Shown in pieces: positions 26,596 to 40,200 of a stretch of 64,000 bases of DNA (position 1 is its first letter; each line of letters opens with the position of its first letter). Where the stretch lies: contig NC_087263.1 in assembly GCF_037042905.1 (NCBI RefSeq), positions 12,154,001 to 12,218,000 on the forward strand. The letters run 5' to 3'. Under the pieces are notes generated by a model. The model searched no databases. It saw only the letters and a list, made by a program, of their open reading frames with translations, and was not told the DNA's origin. The translations under genes and the position numbers were made by a program. The stretch is from Lytechinus pictus. Its lineage: Eukaryota.

Positions 26596-29500
26596 GGTGG
26601 TGATGGTGATGATGGTGATGATGATGATGATGGTGATGATGATGGTGATGATGCTGGTGATGATGGTGGTGATGATGATAGTGATAATGATGATGATGGT
26701 GATGATGATGATGATTATGGTGGTCATGATGTTGTTGGTGATGGTGATACTGAACTACTGAAGAGATAATTAGTTCATGTGATAATGGTTTTAAACTGAG
26801 AAATACACATTTCAGTTTAGTTTATCACCCATACCCCTACTGTAGAATGTATGATATACATGTATTCTAATCAATGATCTTCTCATTATTGTCTTTATTA
26901 TGTGCAGTTGGAGAAAGCCCAAATTGAAATTGAATCCAAGGATATAAAAGTAAGTCTATACAGTATTTTGAACATGTACCTGTAGGATGTAGTTTGTTTC
27001 TCAAACCCTGCTTACCAAAACATGCTTAATGGGTCTGAATTTTCAGACTACCAGAAAGGAAGGATAATTGCAAACTGTTCATGGACATGCTTACTGTCCA
27101 AATGGTTCTTATTGACTGTATTGTTTCAGGTTTTAAGGCTCGTACATGAAAAAGGAACAAATGTGAATATTTACGCTTTAATATAAATAGTTCAAACTTT
27201 TCATATTAGTGTAAAGAAAAATAATTCTGATTTTAACAAAACTGCAGTACTTTATATGCGATGCTTGAAGACACTGAAAGGCTGATTATCACAAATCGTT
27301 GTTTTTTTAAATCATTTTAAAGTTTGATTATGAAGCTGGATCATGTGTTAGACTTGTTTCCAAACCCACTTGTTGATAAAAGTGCCATTTAGGGTCTGTG
27401 CCTGCAGACTATAGCTGTATTCAGGCGTGTGTTTATTACAGGAATGTTCATTTGGAGGTTGGAAGCTTAATTGATTCTGCCTTATTGTAATGAAAATAAT
27501 TAACTCCTTTTTTATGATCATGCTGTATTAAAGTGATAATGCATGAGAGGAAAGGCTTTGATGTACATGTAATGAGGTCATTAAACTTTCAAGGGCAAGA
27601 ATATATGATCATCAAGGCTGTAATAGTTTTTGGCCTTTTTCGCACTAGTCACTACAAGAAATTGTCTCATATGTGGTAATATACATGTAGTAGTATAATG
27701 CGTTTAGGTTGGTTATATCAATTTGTTTTTCAATGTTAGGGCAGATCTCATTTTGATTATAATTTCTTTTGCAGTTTTTACTCAACCATATACTTGTAGG
27801 TGCATCTAAGATAAATACACGAGCAGGGTATTAAAAATCATCAATGATTTTCATGGTGACCATATTACTTGTATTAACAATATCCTTTACGTTTACCAGT
27901 GGTCACTCTGTTTTATATTTAATTCCATTATTGTTCCACACCACCATATTTTCTATTATACTAATAGTTCAAATTTTAAGAATACATTTTCTATTTGAAT
28001 AATTGTAGTTCATAATAATAAATATAATTTTATTCTTGTTCATCCGACCATGCATGTTCAGGAAAGAGTGAAAAGCTTTCTGGATGCAGAAATAATACTT
28101 TTGTGTTTTCTTTGTGTCTCCTCTTGTAAATTGCATTTTAATGAAATACTATTAGTAAAATGATAAAAGCGATTGATAATTAGTTATTTCGTATATTGTA
28201 CTTAATTTTTAGCTCAATGATGTCATACAGCACAGAGATGAGCTGATTGATAAAGTCATAGAGGTAAGACTCGTTCACATATGGTATAGAGCTACATGTA
28301 CCAACTATTACGTTTTTCCCATAATTATGTTTTTATTGCATAAAAATTACAGCATTATTACATTTCTACATTCATAATATTCTTTTGAATAGAAAATTAT
28401 ATTTTAAAAAAAAAACACGTCTCTATGGCCCAAATTCACAAGAGATGGTGTTGTAAACCGTTGGTTGAACCCAAGGTTTACGAAGAATTTATGTATGAAT
28501 TAAGGTTAATTTACTGTGTATGTTTAAAAAAATGTCTAATGCTGATGCGCATTTTTGTAACACTGTGCTTTATGTTATTACCATGGTTGCACACAGTGTA
28601 ATATATTCATGAGTCCACTGGTTTGAATTAATGAGTCCACTATTCAAAACAGTGGACTCATGAATAAAGTACATGTAGCTCAACCATGGCAACAAGCATC
28701 AATTTGGTGCACTGTTACAAACGCGCATCAGCATTAGACATTTTTTTAATATATGAGGTAAATTATGCGTAATTTATACATGAAATCTGCATAAACCATG
28801 GGTTCAACCGACAGTTTTCAAAACCACCTTTGTGAATGCAGGCCATTGCTTTTCTGTTGTACATGTATAAAACTTTCTCAAGTATGGGTAGTTGGAGGAA
28901 TGTTATTCAGTTAAACTAGACCAAGGTAATCATTTGTGGGTCAATATTTTATAATACATCTTTAGTGATCATTGAATGCAGTTTCTCATTCCCTTTAATA
29001 GGTTGACAGGTCTGATTTTTACGGTCATTTTCACAAATTCCTCTTTAAATTGGAAATTCCCTTTTTGCCACTATTATTCCCTTTTTTGGTTGCAGAAGGT
29101 TTGGAACCTTTGTATTGTACGCCATTCTACTGCTGTGTACAATTTCTTATGGAATTTCATTAATAGAGCTTGACAGGTTCCATATTGAATGATTTATTAT
29201 TTTTTTCTAATTCGTCATGTGTTATGATCAATTCATGTATTTTCATATTTTTGGGGTAGTATTTTTCTCATGTAGTTTGGTTTTTGTTGATGCCTGGTAA
29301 TATGAAAAAAAATGCTGATTTTCTTTTTTGTTTTTAATGAATTGATTTTTCATTGTAATTTGATCCATATGGTGGGGCGAAGTGCAGCAAATTTTATATT
29401 GATGAAAATAATAAGAAATGAGAAATTAAAATTTAGAATTAGTATTATCTCACATATCCATATTAGAAATTTGTTTCTGTTTGCTGAAAATGCTTTTGAA

Positions 29501-32500
29501 GAGTGTGAGAACGAAGTAGAGGTGGGGGGGGGGTGGTGTTTAAAAGGATTGAGGGGCAATGATAACATCTATAGTAGATATGAATTCATTTATGAAAACA
29601 ACAAAACTGCTTTAACCCGAGATAGACTTAGGGTGAAGGGGGGGGGGGGGGGGTGGTTCATTCATCCAACCCTAGATATTTTCAATGATAAATTTGTATT
29701 TTTTTAAATTATATTCATTTATTTTATTCTTCTTTGATTAATTGATTAATTAATTGATTAATTAATTTATTTATTCATTCACTCATTCATTCATTTATTT
29801 TATTGTTTATCTATTTATTTATAATTTATTCAAATACATTCAATTGACAAACACAATATCAGTGTCATTACATATTTTTAAATTAGATGGAATATACAAT
29901 ACAAATGCAATATTCTGTAGCAGTTTACCCAGTGCATCAGTAGGCCACCAGGGAAGAAGAGAGCAAACTTAAAGGGGAAGTTCACCCTGACAAAAAGTTT
30001 ATTCTAAAAATAGCAGAAAAAATAATGAAAAATATTGCCGAAAGGTTTGAGAAAAAACCATCAAAGAATAAAAAAAGTTATTAGAATTTAATTATTTGAT
30101 TTGTGACTTAATATGCAAGCAGCTTTGCTACATAATGAATGGTAAAAAAAAAATCACTGAAATGTCATTTTCTCAGAAAATTGAAAATGGTTTTTAGTGT
30201 ACCTTCAGTATATCAATAGAGAAACTATTTCACAATCGTTCGTAGAAAGAAAACAAAAATAAGTCATGACGAACCAATAAAAAATTGAAATTTATGCATT
30301 TTGTTTTACATAACATATTGGGCAGCTGCACGTTTATGACGCCACAACCTTCTTTAATCTTTAATGGATTTCCCTCAAACCTTCACCAATAATTATTATC
30401 ATTTTTTGTGTTATTTTTACAATGAACTTTTCTTCAGGGTGAACTTCCCCTTTAATGGCCCATATTAAAAGTCAGGTTTAATTAAGACCATGGTAAACCC
30501 TGTGCTAAAATTATGGGAAGCCAAAAATTTCAAAGTATTGTTTACATTGTATGTTTCTTATGTTTACTTTTCTCTTGAGTAACATTTTATTAGTGAAGAC
30601 AACTAATCTTATTTATCCTCCCCAGACAGTTAAGAGTCATTTGAGAGTCAAACGAGCTAGTAAATTTCACCTCTAATGTTTGAGCTTTATGTCACAATTG
30701 GCTATCCATAGTTAAACTTCAACTTTTATGGACCAGAGTCTGAATTAAACCCGACATCAGAATACGGGCCAATCACTGTAGATTGTAAACTGTAATGTGA
30801 AAAGCTTGTGATGTCACAATTACCGCTCAAATGAGATGCGCGTGTGCACTTCGCTGATAGCTAGTGCACAGCATGTGTTCAATTTTTAATCAGAAATTTG
30901 ATTTTATACCAAAATATTATGAAATGCACAGATTGGCTATACGAAAAATCACCTTTTGCCTGTGTAACTATGCCAAGTTTTCTTTGTGTTATTTCCAGGA
31001 AAACAAACATTACATTGAGCTTTACAAAAGTCACAAAGACCTTCAATCAGCATTTCAGGTAAGTCTTATGATTTTTTTATTTTTTTGTAGTGCTGATAAA
31101 GGGGAAAATCAGGAAAAATGCCAAATGGCGCCGCCCAGTGGACTCCTTGCATTAAGTCACATTTGTACTCTTTATGAAATGTTATGAGTTCTACTTTATC
31201 ACACGCAAGATGCACAATACTGAATGCACCTCGCCACGTGTACTTTGCACGGAAGTATCCTTAATGAAAAAATGATGAAAATGGTCCTTGAAGTTTGCAA
31301 TTAAATGCTCAAGAAATATCAGGGAATATTGAAAATGTGTATAAAGTATAACAACTGTTTGCATCCATAAATTATGGTGGAGGTCAAAATCCAATATTAA
31401 AAGAATATTGACACATATACCACTGTATATCAATATCTTCCAAGGGCTGAATTTGCTACTGAATGTGAGAAATGACCAGCTGTTGTACTTTTTAAGTATG
31501 TGTAAACAGAGCTTTATTTGAAGGCTATTTCTATGCAAACTGTGCGAAGATAAGCCCAGTTTTATTTTAAGACCAAATGTCATTGTTTACCTACCAGATT
31601 ATCACCTTTTTGCGTTTGTACAACGATCAAATGTTATTGTTTTATTTTGAAATGTGCTCTTATCTTCAAATGCACTCTTGAAAGCCCAACTCAAGTAGTC
31701 GCATTGAGCAATCTTTCATAGATAGTCTTTATCAGGGCAAATATTTTGGAAATGAATGGAAACTACTTTAGCTTGTTTGAGTATATTCAATAAATATGTT
31801 TTAAAGGTAAATGCTAGTTTTGGTAACGATATCAAAATGAGTTCGTACGGAATCCAATGAAATGACCACCAAAGTGTCTGTTTGTATAAATAAAACGCAT
31901 GTGCCAAAGGATTCTGGAAGAAATTGTGTAATTGCTGAGAAATTCGGGTAGAGCGTCGGGCCCGACGCTCAAAGCAATAATTATACACTGTCCTACGTGC
32001 GCTTATCTGTGTTGGGGAAGTTCAGTCTGAACATTTTTCAGCGTAGATTTCAAGATTTCACAAAGTTCAGTTTATGTAACTGTACCAGATCTAGATCCTC
32101 GATGATATACTGACAATTAAGCCTGGTTTTACAGACTTTCTCATGAAATCAGTGTTTACTGCAACTACTGGAATTTCTCTTTAATATGATACACATGGTT
32201 TCCTTGTACATGTACATGTAGTTTAATAGCCCAGCATGTGGTTCTGAATATGGGCCGGTGTATTTTTATTCCGTTGCATGTATGAATGTATACACAATTT
32301 TATAAACTGTACATATCAAAGGCAAAATTTAAATACAAAAATTTAATTATTTAATTTACATATATCTCCCCCCCTTATACATACATGTACAGTTGTAACC
32401 TGTTGCCATTTTGAAACTGTTGTATGTCAAACTAATTAATATACTTTTGATTCAATTATTTTGTTGGTTAGATATAAAGTTAGTACTGCTCCAGATTAAA

Positions 32501-35500
32501 AATCATTAGTAATTGAATCTTTTGAACTCTAAATCAAAATATCGCAGCAGTGCGATTGATTGGAGCAATGCATGTCGAGGTTACGCACACAGCCGTTGGG
32601 AAAACATGTTGAGGATTTGCTGTATGCTTTCAGGTGTACTAGAAGAACTATTATCGAGCAATGTATTTACTTTAAATTCCCATCCGTGACTCTCAGTCTG
32701 TGCGCTTCGGAATATACATACAGTGTCTACAGGAATTATTTGCACACTATTAAAGGTCCAGTCCACCCCAGAAAAATGTTAATTTGAATATTATAGAGAA
32801 AAAACAAACCAGCATAATGCTGAAAATTTCATTGGAATCGGGTGTAAAATAATAAATTTATGACATTTTAAAGTTTTGCTTATTTTTCACAAAACAGTTA
32901 TATGGACAACTCAGTGACATGCAAATGAAACAGTCGATGAGTTCCCTCACTCACTACATGTATTTCTTTTGTTTTTCATCGTTACACAATATTATTTGTC
33001 AATAATGATCAACCTGACTGAACCAAATAGTATTAAAACAATGCTAATTCCACATGTTCAGGGAGGAATTTATCTTTGTTTCACCTGACAATGAGGAGAC
33101 AATTTGAATATTTCATATAATGAAATACAAAAGAAATAGTGAGTGGATGATGTCATCAGTCTCCTCATTTGCACACCGACCAAGATATGCATATAACCAA
33201 ATACCATAACTTTCTTATTTCACATCTGATTTTGATGAAATTTTCAGTGTTATACTTGGTGGATTTTTCTCATTTTTTTAAAATAAAGTTTTTATTGGGG
33301 TGGACTTTTCCTTTTAACAACAGTGCAATAGGAAAAGATGAGATATGCAGAAAATTGAAAAAAGTCCTCACTAAGAATAACCAAGTAATCATAAATGTAT
33401 TAATGAGTTGAATATGAGAGTGGATAGTTTATGCATATTTTCTCTTTAAATTCATATTTTCTACCTGTATATTTCGTTCTTGTAGGCAGTACAAATTGAG
33501 AAAGGAGATATGGAGCAATCTGAGGTACGGCCGATGACATCGAGTATTGATGAAAGACTCATTGATAAGAATGAAAACTTACTCAGTGAATTAAGAATAG
33601 TAGTAAGTACAGGATATTAAAGTCGATTGACATAAAAAATTGTCAAAAGACTCAATGATAAGAATGAAAATTTAATAATAGATTAGTAGTAAATACAGAA
33701 TAGGATAAGGACTTATGAAAAATTCATTTCAATTTTATGCACGTGAGGTTCAAGGGGTTGAGGAGTGTTAACCTTAATCAGTAAGTGCATGCAGACCCAA
33801 ATTTGCTCAAAAACAAATCCTTCCCAATTAGTGTTTTTAGCCAATTTCATAAATGTATCATTATTTCTCCTTTTTTTTTGGTAACTTTTAATTTCATCTT
33901 GTTTATGCTCAAAATAAAGCCTCGACAATTTCCATTGAAAAAACAATAAAATAGATAAGATAATAATTGTGATATTGTAATAATAAAAAAATACATTTGA
34001 TCAAAATCCTATGAAAAGTCTGTGAAGAAAAAATTGCATTTTAGGGACCTTAGAGAAAACTTTTGATATTAGTTTACACATGAATTACTAGTAGCATAAT
34101 TAATTAGAATTGAGCTTTACAACGAATTTGATCTTACAATTTTGTAGATTATGCCATGGGTAATGCGTGTGCCAATTTTCGTCGCTTTCACATGATCGAC
34201 GGCCGTGATCATATGGGGGGCCTGAATCAGACCCGTAGTCTTCTTAGGCATCAAAATAGCCCATTCTTTTTAGGGTTAAATCTGATTTCAAACTTTATTT
34301 TTTTATGTACCACACAAATCAAGTAATTTGGAAGATGATTTTGTTCCTTAATACTCCTGTCATCATATATGCACACCTCTGCAAACTTTATTGATTTGGT
34401 ACTTTTATTGTCCTTTTTTTATTATTTATGTTTGCATGTAACATGGACCTCTAGAAGAACAGTGTGTGTAAGCTACATGTAATCTGTATTAGTAAGACTC
34501 ATTAATGATAATGGAAATGAAAAGTAAAAAAAAAAAAAAAAAACAGTCTTCAAATTTTGAAGATTTGGGCAAAGGTCATGAGATACTACTCAAAATTTGC
34601 TCTAGTACAAAATTTATACATTTACATTTTTCTTTGCCTTTCGTTTAAAAAAAACCATAAGCAAGTTTTCTCCAAAAATATTTTGGTCACTGTTTGCGAT
34701 GCTCTTGCATTAGCCAATCTTACAAACATGCAAGTAAATATTCGTCTAATTTGATGCAACTTGTCAGACCGGATTATTCAAAACATCACTTATTTGCCCC
34801 TTTACGTGCGAGTCAAATTTTGCCCATGTTTAACAGATTTCAAAAGAGTTGACTTTTTCCGCACATTCACCTGTATTGAATGTTGTAATTGCAATTTTTT
34901 GTCATTTTTTTTTTACCCAGGTCAATGATAGTCCCGGTCCATCTCCGATCTGTGGTCGCATAAGTTTTGCGGGAGAGATGATGGAAGGCTTTCAAGCCGT
35001 AGTGGAGAGTATGAGTGCTGAGATGGAAAGTCTTGTGGCGAGTCAACAAAATCAGACGGATCAGGAGCAAATAGAACAGGTAGCCTATAAACCAGATTAG
35101 ACCAGTTTTAAACCAGATAACCTGGTTTGAAGGTGTTTAAAACAATGGAAGAGAGGTTGGTTCTTGTGGTTGAAAGTCAACCCAATCAGTGGTGAATCGA
35201 CCCAGTCAGACAAATCAGGCCCAGCTGGAACAGGTATGAACCAGATAAAACTACTTAGAAACCAGATTAAACCACTTACAAACTGGATTAAACCAGTTAA
35301 CCAGGTTTGAAGCAGTTTCATAACAGCAGGTCAACAGTAGATTAAATGAGATGGAAAATCTTGTGGTGAGTTAACTGAATCAAACCGATCAGGAGCAAAT
35401 AGAACAGGTATGAACCAGACTAATCCAGTTATGGACCAGATTAAACCAGATAATCTGGTTTGAAGGTGTTTAAACAAAAATGAAAAAAAAAAAAGAGACA

Positions 35501-37178
35501 GAATGTTGTGGCTGAAAGTTGTTGAGTCAACCCAATCAGACCAATCAGGAACAACTAGAAAAGATATGAACCAGTTGTAAACCAGACTTAACCAGGTTTG
35601 AAGTAGTTAGAGCGCTGAGGTGAAAAGTCTTGTGGCTAGTCAACTCAATCAAAGCGATCAGGAGCAGCTAGATAGAGAAGTATATATGAAGTATGATGAA
35701 ACCAATCAAACCAGATTTAACCACGTAACCAGACGATGGAAGAGAGGCTGGCTGGTGATATTGAAAGTTTATAGGTGAGTCAACCCAACAGACCAATCAG
35801 AAGCAAGAATAATTATAATAATAATAGTATGCAACATTTATATAATACAAATGTTTCTAAGCACTGCATACTATTACCCGGCTTTAGCATGGCTACCCAG
35901 ATCAGACGCTCGAGCGTGCAGGGAATCCCTTCCTACCAGGTATTCATTTACTACACCTGGGTGGAGAGTGGCAAATGTAGATAAATGGCTTGCCAAAGGA
36001 CTCGAGTGCTGCAATGAGATTTGAACCTTGTGGTTCAAAGTCCAAAGGCTTATCCACTGAGCCACAACACCTCTGTAGAATAGTTGTGATCCCCATTACA
36101 CTGTCAGTAACCGAGTTAAACCAGGTTTTAAAGTAGTTTTATAATAGTGATCTGTGGTAGAGAGTAGAAGTAAGGTTGAAAAAAAAAAAAAAAAAAAAAA
36201 ATTAAACCAGGGCCCAATTTCATAAAATGTTACTATGATAGCAAGTCTTACTGGGATATCAATTACCATGACAACAGCGAAATGTCTATTTCCTGATTCT
36301 ACTTCTTGATTGGCTCTTCCAATGAAGGTTGACATTCCAGCAAGAATTGCTATCATATCAGCTATTTACATGTATGAAGTTAGACCCAGATTAAACCAGA
36401 AACCAGGTTTGAAGTAATTTGAAAGATATAGTAGTGTCCTTCTTGACTTTTGTTAATTATTTCTCCATTATTTCTCCCTCTTACCATGCATACATATATA
36501 TGTTAATTCATCCAGTATATTGCAATATGTTCAGAAAGAAGAAAAAGAAAATAGACTCCATTTGATTTATGGATGATATTACAATTTTAATTAATTGTCT
36601 GGCAAAACTCTTTTATCGGCCTTGCCATTACGACCGTGTGCCTTCAGTAATCCACAGGGACATCCCGCATGCAACAATTTCATCAGCATCGGTGCGTTAA
36701 ATGAAGTAGAATTAATGCTTTCAAGCTTGGTAAAGTTAATTATCCATGAAGCGTTAGCTTTCACAACGCAGTATTAAGCCATCATCTGTGCTGGCAAATA
36801 GCTCTCAAGAGGGGTGTATTCAATATGTTCCTGATGGTTTGTAGATGTATATTTATACTTTATTGGGATTGAAATGTTATCAGTTAATCTTTATTACCTT
36901 TAATATCAGATAGTTAGATGATATTGATACTGATAATAATAATAATAATGATGAAGAACATGGTGAAGATGATGATGGTGATGATGGTGATGATGATGAT
37001 TATGATGATGATGATGATGATGATGATGATGGTGATGATGGTGATGATGATGGTGATGATGGTGATGATGATGGTGATGATGATGATGATGGTGATGATG
37101 ATTATGATGATGGTGATGATGGTGATGATGATGGTGATGATGATGATGATGATGGTGATGATGGTGATGATGATGGTG

Positions 37179-37210
<32 letters not shown>

Positions 37211-40200
37211 GGTGGTGATGATGATGATTAATGCTGATAATGATGGTAATATGTGTGGAGCGTTGTGGCCCAGTGGATTAGTCGTCTGACTTTGGAACAG
37301 AGGGTCTTGAGTTCGAATCCCAGCCATGGCGTAATTTCCTTCAGCAAGAAATTCATCCACATTGTGCTGCACTCAAGCCAGTTGAGGTGAATGGGTACCT
37401 GGCAGGATTAATTCGTTGAATGCATTAGCGCTGAAAGGCAGCTCGAGCTAAAGCCGAGGTAAGAAGAATAATAACGCGCCTCGGAATATAATATTTCTAG
37501 ATAGATGGCGCTATTTTAATGCCTATTATTATCATTATGCAGTATGTGGTGTTTGTAAGCTCTGCTGCAGACTATTATCACAGCTTTAGTGCAGCCAGTG
37601 GCGTACAGGGGAGTGGGTTACTACAGGTTATAACCCCCCCCCTTAAATTTTCTTGATACCCAACCAAAGTTTTTGAAGACCTTTTTTTTTCAACCTAAAA
37701 TTTGTGGTGAAGACTTTATTTATTTATTCTTTTGGGGGTTGTCAAGATTTCTTTCAGCTTGAACCCCCCCTTAAAAAATCCTGCGTTCGCAACTGAGTGC
37801 AGCGACCCTGATCAGGGTACTGTTTCATAAAGACCTGTTATAATAACAGATGTACAAATTTACAATTGGCCAATCAGAATAAAGGATTTCAGTAGCTTTT
37901 AACTGCCATTTCAAATTTGTTATTATAATAAACAAGTTTTATGAAACAGGTACCAGGTGGGTCAAGCAATCAAACATCACCATACATTTATAACATCTTT
38001 GGCTAATTTGATTAAGAATGACAAAGAGATCAAGATAGCATGCCCTAAACTCGTCGCTCATTAAGTCGTTTGTGAATGCACAAATGGTTTATGAAACAGA
38101 GCCACGTAAAGTAATATTTGTTTATTTATTAATTTATTTATGTAATTTTATTTCCAGGCATGATAATAACAAACTTGACAGATACAATAGAAAACATTGC
38201 AAGAGAAATATAAAATTGAGCACCAGCCAATGCCTGGGAATCACCTAAAAGAATCGAGAGGCTCTCCACATTGGCTGGTGCCTACATGTGTATGTACATA
38301 GAATAATATAAAATGAAAATAAATTTTAATGAATAAATGTTGATAATTTTTCTTATTTTCCCCCTTTTTCCTGTGTGGTACATGTATCTCTTTATTAACA
38401 TTGCACAGTCAGAGGTACTCTTCTTGTATGTTTGTAAACAACTAGGCATGAGTTCTAGCTTGGTTTTACTAACGACAACTTTACATTTAATTACATAATC
38501 CAAGGATGTGCGTTCAGGGTATTTCATCTGTACTTCATTAAAATTCTGGTGCATGAAAATGCAACCTAACTCCACAATAATTTTTCATACACTGTACATT
38601 CATTTCATTATTTATTAATTAAGGAGTGACCTTGTGCATTCATCACATCAATGTATTAAACTAATAGGTAGTGTGAGACTAATTGCTATTACAGGATGTA
38701 CACACTTGTGTAGTGCGACATGATGTTACATTTTTAGCCATCCGATTCATGTCAACATTGATATCAGCATTGTGTCAAATATGGGTCGTGTGGTTTAGTG
38801 TGTGGTTTAGTGGTTAGAGCATTGGACTCATAATCGCAAGGTTGTGAGTTCAAATCCCCTCTCTACCATTGTCTCTACTTTGATAAAAAGACCCGTTTGA
38901 GAGTAATATCTGCCGTCTTTATTCTGCCACTATGCCTAGTTAACTTAGACGTAAATTGTTTCCTATGTAATTGGTACCAGCTTGGCATTTACCAGCAAAA
39001 AGCTGCCCTGCTGAGTTCCTACAGGAGTGACCATAAACAGTAACAGAAATAGCGACTGAAAACAAGTGGTAAACTTATATGACCCTGATGTCTTTAGTTT
39101 AAATAGCATTTTCTGCATTTCAAAGAGAGAGGTTGCTTCATAAAGCTATTTATTCGTAATTGAGCATAACTTTACAAACAACTGAAACAACTTTAAAGAA
39201 AATAGAATATGTTCTTTTAATAGATACCAAGCAATATTTTTGTTTCTGTCAACTATTAAAATGAAAATTGTGTCTTTGTAGATTTTTAATTCCTGTTGAT
39301 AACACCTATTTGAACGCAGTGCTTATTATTTGTTGGAAAATGATTTCAGTTTGAATATTTGTCCCATTTTGTCAAAGCACCATGGACTTAAAGGTATCTC
39401 ACATTATACAATCAAGTCAATTGTAATGTTATTTGTAAAGTTATTCATAAATAACACAGCTGTATGAGTGAGCATTCAGATTTCTTTTATTTATTTTTTA
39501 TTTATTTATTTCAAATGTATTTAAAAGAAGGGTAGCCCAATCAGCAACAAGCTGATTTTCGTTGGGGCCCTTCGTAACAAACACAAATATCAAACATGGT
39601 GACATATTCAAATATAAACAAATAATAGAGCGAAAATACTAATATTAAAAATAATTTGTTGGTTTTTAGGTGACTGTTAAACATTTTACGTCTATAGTAG
39701 GTGCTTTAAAGTTCAGCTTTGGTGTAAGTGTTGGTGTTGAAAGCACAATTAAAGATTCCATTTCCTAGCTCCAACACATTTTGCAAGTGTACAAAACTGA
39801 CCCAAGTCACATTATCTAAGACTCAACACCTCTTGAGATGATTGAAGTTTGGTGTTTGTACATGTAGATGTAAACATTGGCCTAACACCAACACCACAAT
39901 GTTAGCATCAAACCTGAAATCACCCAGTTAACACGTGCATGTGTGTGTTTAGGTAACTAATCAATGCACTCTCTTCATGTGGTCGTGATGCACAATTGAT
40001 AACAATACAGGGAAGAAGAAAGCCTTGAATTTCGACAAAAATTTCATGTATCAAGATTTTTTATGCAGAATGAGAAACGCGTATCGAGCAGGTAAATTGA
40101 GTTGAGTGTTACCATCCTAGAGTCCACTTTGTAATGGTAATAATGATGATAAAAATAATAATAAAAGTTACAATTACAGAGTGAGTACTCTGTGTTTCCA

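Noticed and set aside
25555..26761. Poly-Met/Asp/Ile ORFs (also 36914-37372, 46181-46637, 19781-20141)
   Set aside because: Microsatellite translations
37257..37330. tRNA genes (also 38783, 43602, 45004, 49060, 54651)
   Set aside because: A/B boxes are present but acceptor stems are not intact, and each continues into a SINE body and tail
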